Shown here piece by piece: positions 7,528 through 8,878 of a stretch of 8,878 nt of DNA (the stretch's first letter is position 1; every line of letters begins with the position of its first letter). Below the pieces are notes generated by a model, which saw only the letters and a program-made list of their open reading frames with translations, made no database searches and was not told where the DNA came from. Location: contig JBJCIZ010000673.1 in assembly GCA_051294375.1 (NCBI GenBank), positions 1-8,878 on the forward strand, in the 5' to 3' direction. Made by a program: the position numbers and the translations under genes. Source of the stretch: Paraspadella gotoi. Its lineage: Eukaryota; Animalia; Chaetognatha.

Positions 7528-7730
7528 CACCATATGACTGAATTTTCCTCCTCTCAGTTTTCCCTTGGCCTCTCACCAATGGGCGATGGAAAATTTTGAC
7601 CTTTGAACTTTTTCGCAGTTTTTCGCTTCGCATTCTTATGCCATGTTTGTCATGCATATTTTATCATGCCCTGTCATTCACGCCTAAATAAATATTTGTT
7701 CGCTCATTTTTGACAACAATATCCTATTAG

Positions 7731-7734
<4 letters not shown>

Positions 7735-7814
<80 letters not shown>
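7735..7814. repeat. Perfect (CT)40
   Basis: Directly visible. Confidence 0.95.
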
Positions 7815-7817
<3 letters not shown>

Positions 7818-7928
7818 TCACCTACTGCGTGCCCATGTTTTCCATCACCACGACGACAACGACACGACGACGACGTCGTCTGCTTTTGAAGCAATAACTA
7901 AGACGACCGCGTTAATGCGTAACAACAG

Positions 7929-8394
7929 CGGCTCCTTCTATTCATAACCGACGACAACAACAACGACAAAGACGAACACAACAACAACAACAAAGACGGC
8001 GACAACAACAACACAACAACTTCTACAACGTCGATAAAATCGACCAGAATCGAGGACAAAGACTCACAACGACCAAAACGACAAGTTGTCCTTAACAAAG
8101 ACATCAACGACAAAGAAGGAACGAGCAATTTCACTCGTGAAAACCTCGAAGTTTCATCAGTGATCGGTTATCAGTGATTGGTGATCAGTGATGAATAAAA
8201 TCGAGAGATGGTGAGCATAAAAGTTAACCCGAACCTTTTGACTCAAAATTTTTTTCACGAAACCAGAAGGATTTCGTTTTGAATCTTGGAAAAGTGAATT
8301 ACTAAATTCTGTCGCCAGAGAGATTTGGTCGTTAATGATTGTGACAAAAGTAAAAGCATAAGTGGACAAGGAAGAGCTCTTAAAGCGCAAGGCT
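7929..8394. other. Possible coding exons, strand unresolved
   Basis: Plus model: AACAG acceptor (7927-7928), then an open N/D/T-rich frame to TGA 8177 (RLLLFITDDNNNDKDEHNNNNKDGDNNNTTTSTTSIKSTRIEDKDSQRPKRQVVLNKDINDKEGTSNFTRENLEVSS...). Minus model: ...GFVKKILSQK | GTTCGG intron 8234-8145 | VFTSEIARSFFVVDVFVKDNLSFWS | GTGAGT at 8067. The two models overlap and cannot both be assumed. Confidence 0.25.
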
Positions 8395-8490
8395 TAATCA
8401 AATAATCGCTCCATTTTCAGTTAAGATTAAAAACTTAAAGAATTTACTTTCGATTGTAACAGAACCTTTTATTTAATACTAAAAAGAACT

Positions 8491-8519
8491 GAAGACGACG
8501 ATGACGACGACAACACGAA

Positions 8520-8551
<32 letters not shown>

Positions 8552-8556
8552 CACGA
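8491..8556. repeat. (GAC)n/(AAC)n trinucleotide tract
   Basis: Directly visible. Confidence 0.9.
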
Positions 8557-8724
8557 AAGGAGGTACTTTGACGCTCTTTGGCAACGACAGACGCAAAGGA
8601 AAGAACGATTGGCGTCGGGTAGAAAAAAAAAAGAATTTTGCAAAGTTGTTTTTTTTTAAACGCGGTGAGATTCATTTTGAGAGATTTGTAGGTCGGTCTG
8701 TCTGACTGTCAGCTGACTTGTGTT

Positions 8725-8877
8725 TTAGTCTGTAAGCAATGGCATGTCAGAAAATGTTTTGACTCCATTTGGCATGTCCCCAATGATTTTTATTCCACCT
8801 GGCATGTCCCTAATGATTTTGACTCCACTTGGCATGCCCCCAATGGTTTTGACTCCACTAGGAATGTCTCCAATGGT
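8725..8877 (-). CDS. Candidate C-terminus of a 10-aa tandem-repeat protein (5'-truncated by the window)
   Basis: The minus frame reads TIGDIPSGVK TIGGMPSGVK IIRDMPGGIK IIGDMPNGVK TFSDMPLLTD* with TAA at 8725-8727. A + frame (GMSPMVLTPL-type repeats) is also open. Confidence 0.4.
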   Translation of the reverse strand, partial: TIGDIPSGVKTIGGMPSGVKIIRDMPGGIKIIGDMPNGVKTFSDMPLLTD

Positions 8878-8878
8878 T
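8741..8878. repeat. 30-bp tandem repeat, at least 4.6 units, running off the window end; consensus GGCATGTCCCCAATGRTTTTGACTCCACTT
   Basis: Units start at exactly 8741, 8771, 8801, 8831 and 8861. Confidence 0.95.

Noticed and set aside
5641-7604. Shared 13-mer AATTTTGACCTTT at 5641 and 7592, each preceded by TGGCCTCT
   Set aside because: An AT-rich 13-mer match is plausible by chance in this window and the spacing differs.

Overview
This is eukaryotic nuclear DNA, probably from a protist-type genome (inference from dense GA/CT, CAT, GAC and AAC microsatellites and short GT-AG intron-like segments). Nearly all long ORFs in the supplied track are low-complexity artefacts. I find no intact recognisable gene, RNA gene or CRISPR array. 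The most informative features are: (1) a microsatellite-free block at about 1140-2660, CpG-depleted over about 1140-2040, holding a decayed frame that resembles the third-catalytic-Asp region of a piggyBac-like DDE transposase, followed by a second decayed frame and a GC double hairpin; (2) several structured tandem arrays (about 14-15 bp, 50/68 bp, 24 bp and 30 bp periods), the 30-bp one being stop-free as a 10-aa repeat; (3) weakly supported spliced exons between the microsatellites. All protein assignments are by eye and need database confirmation.
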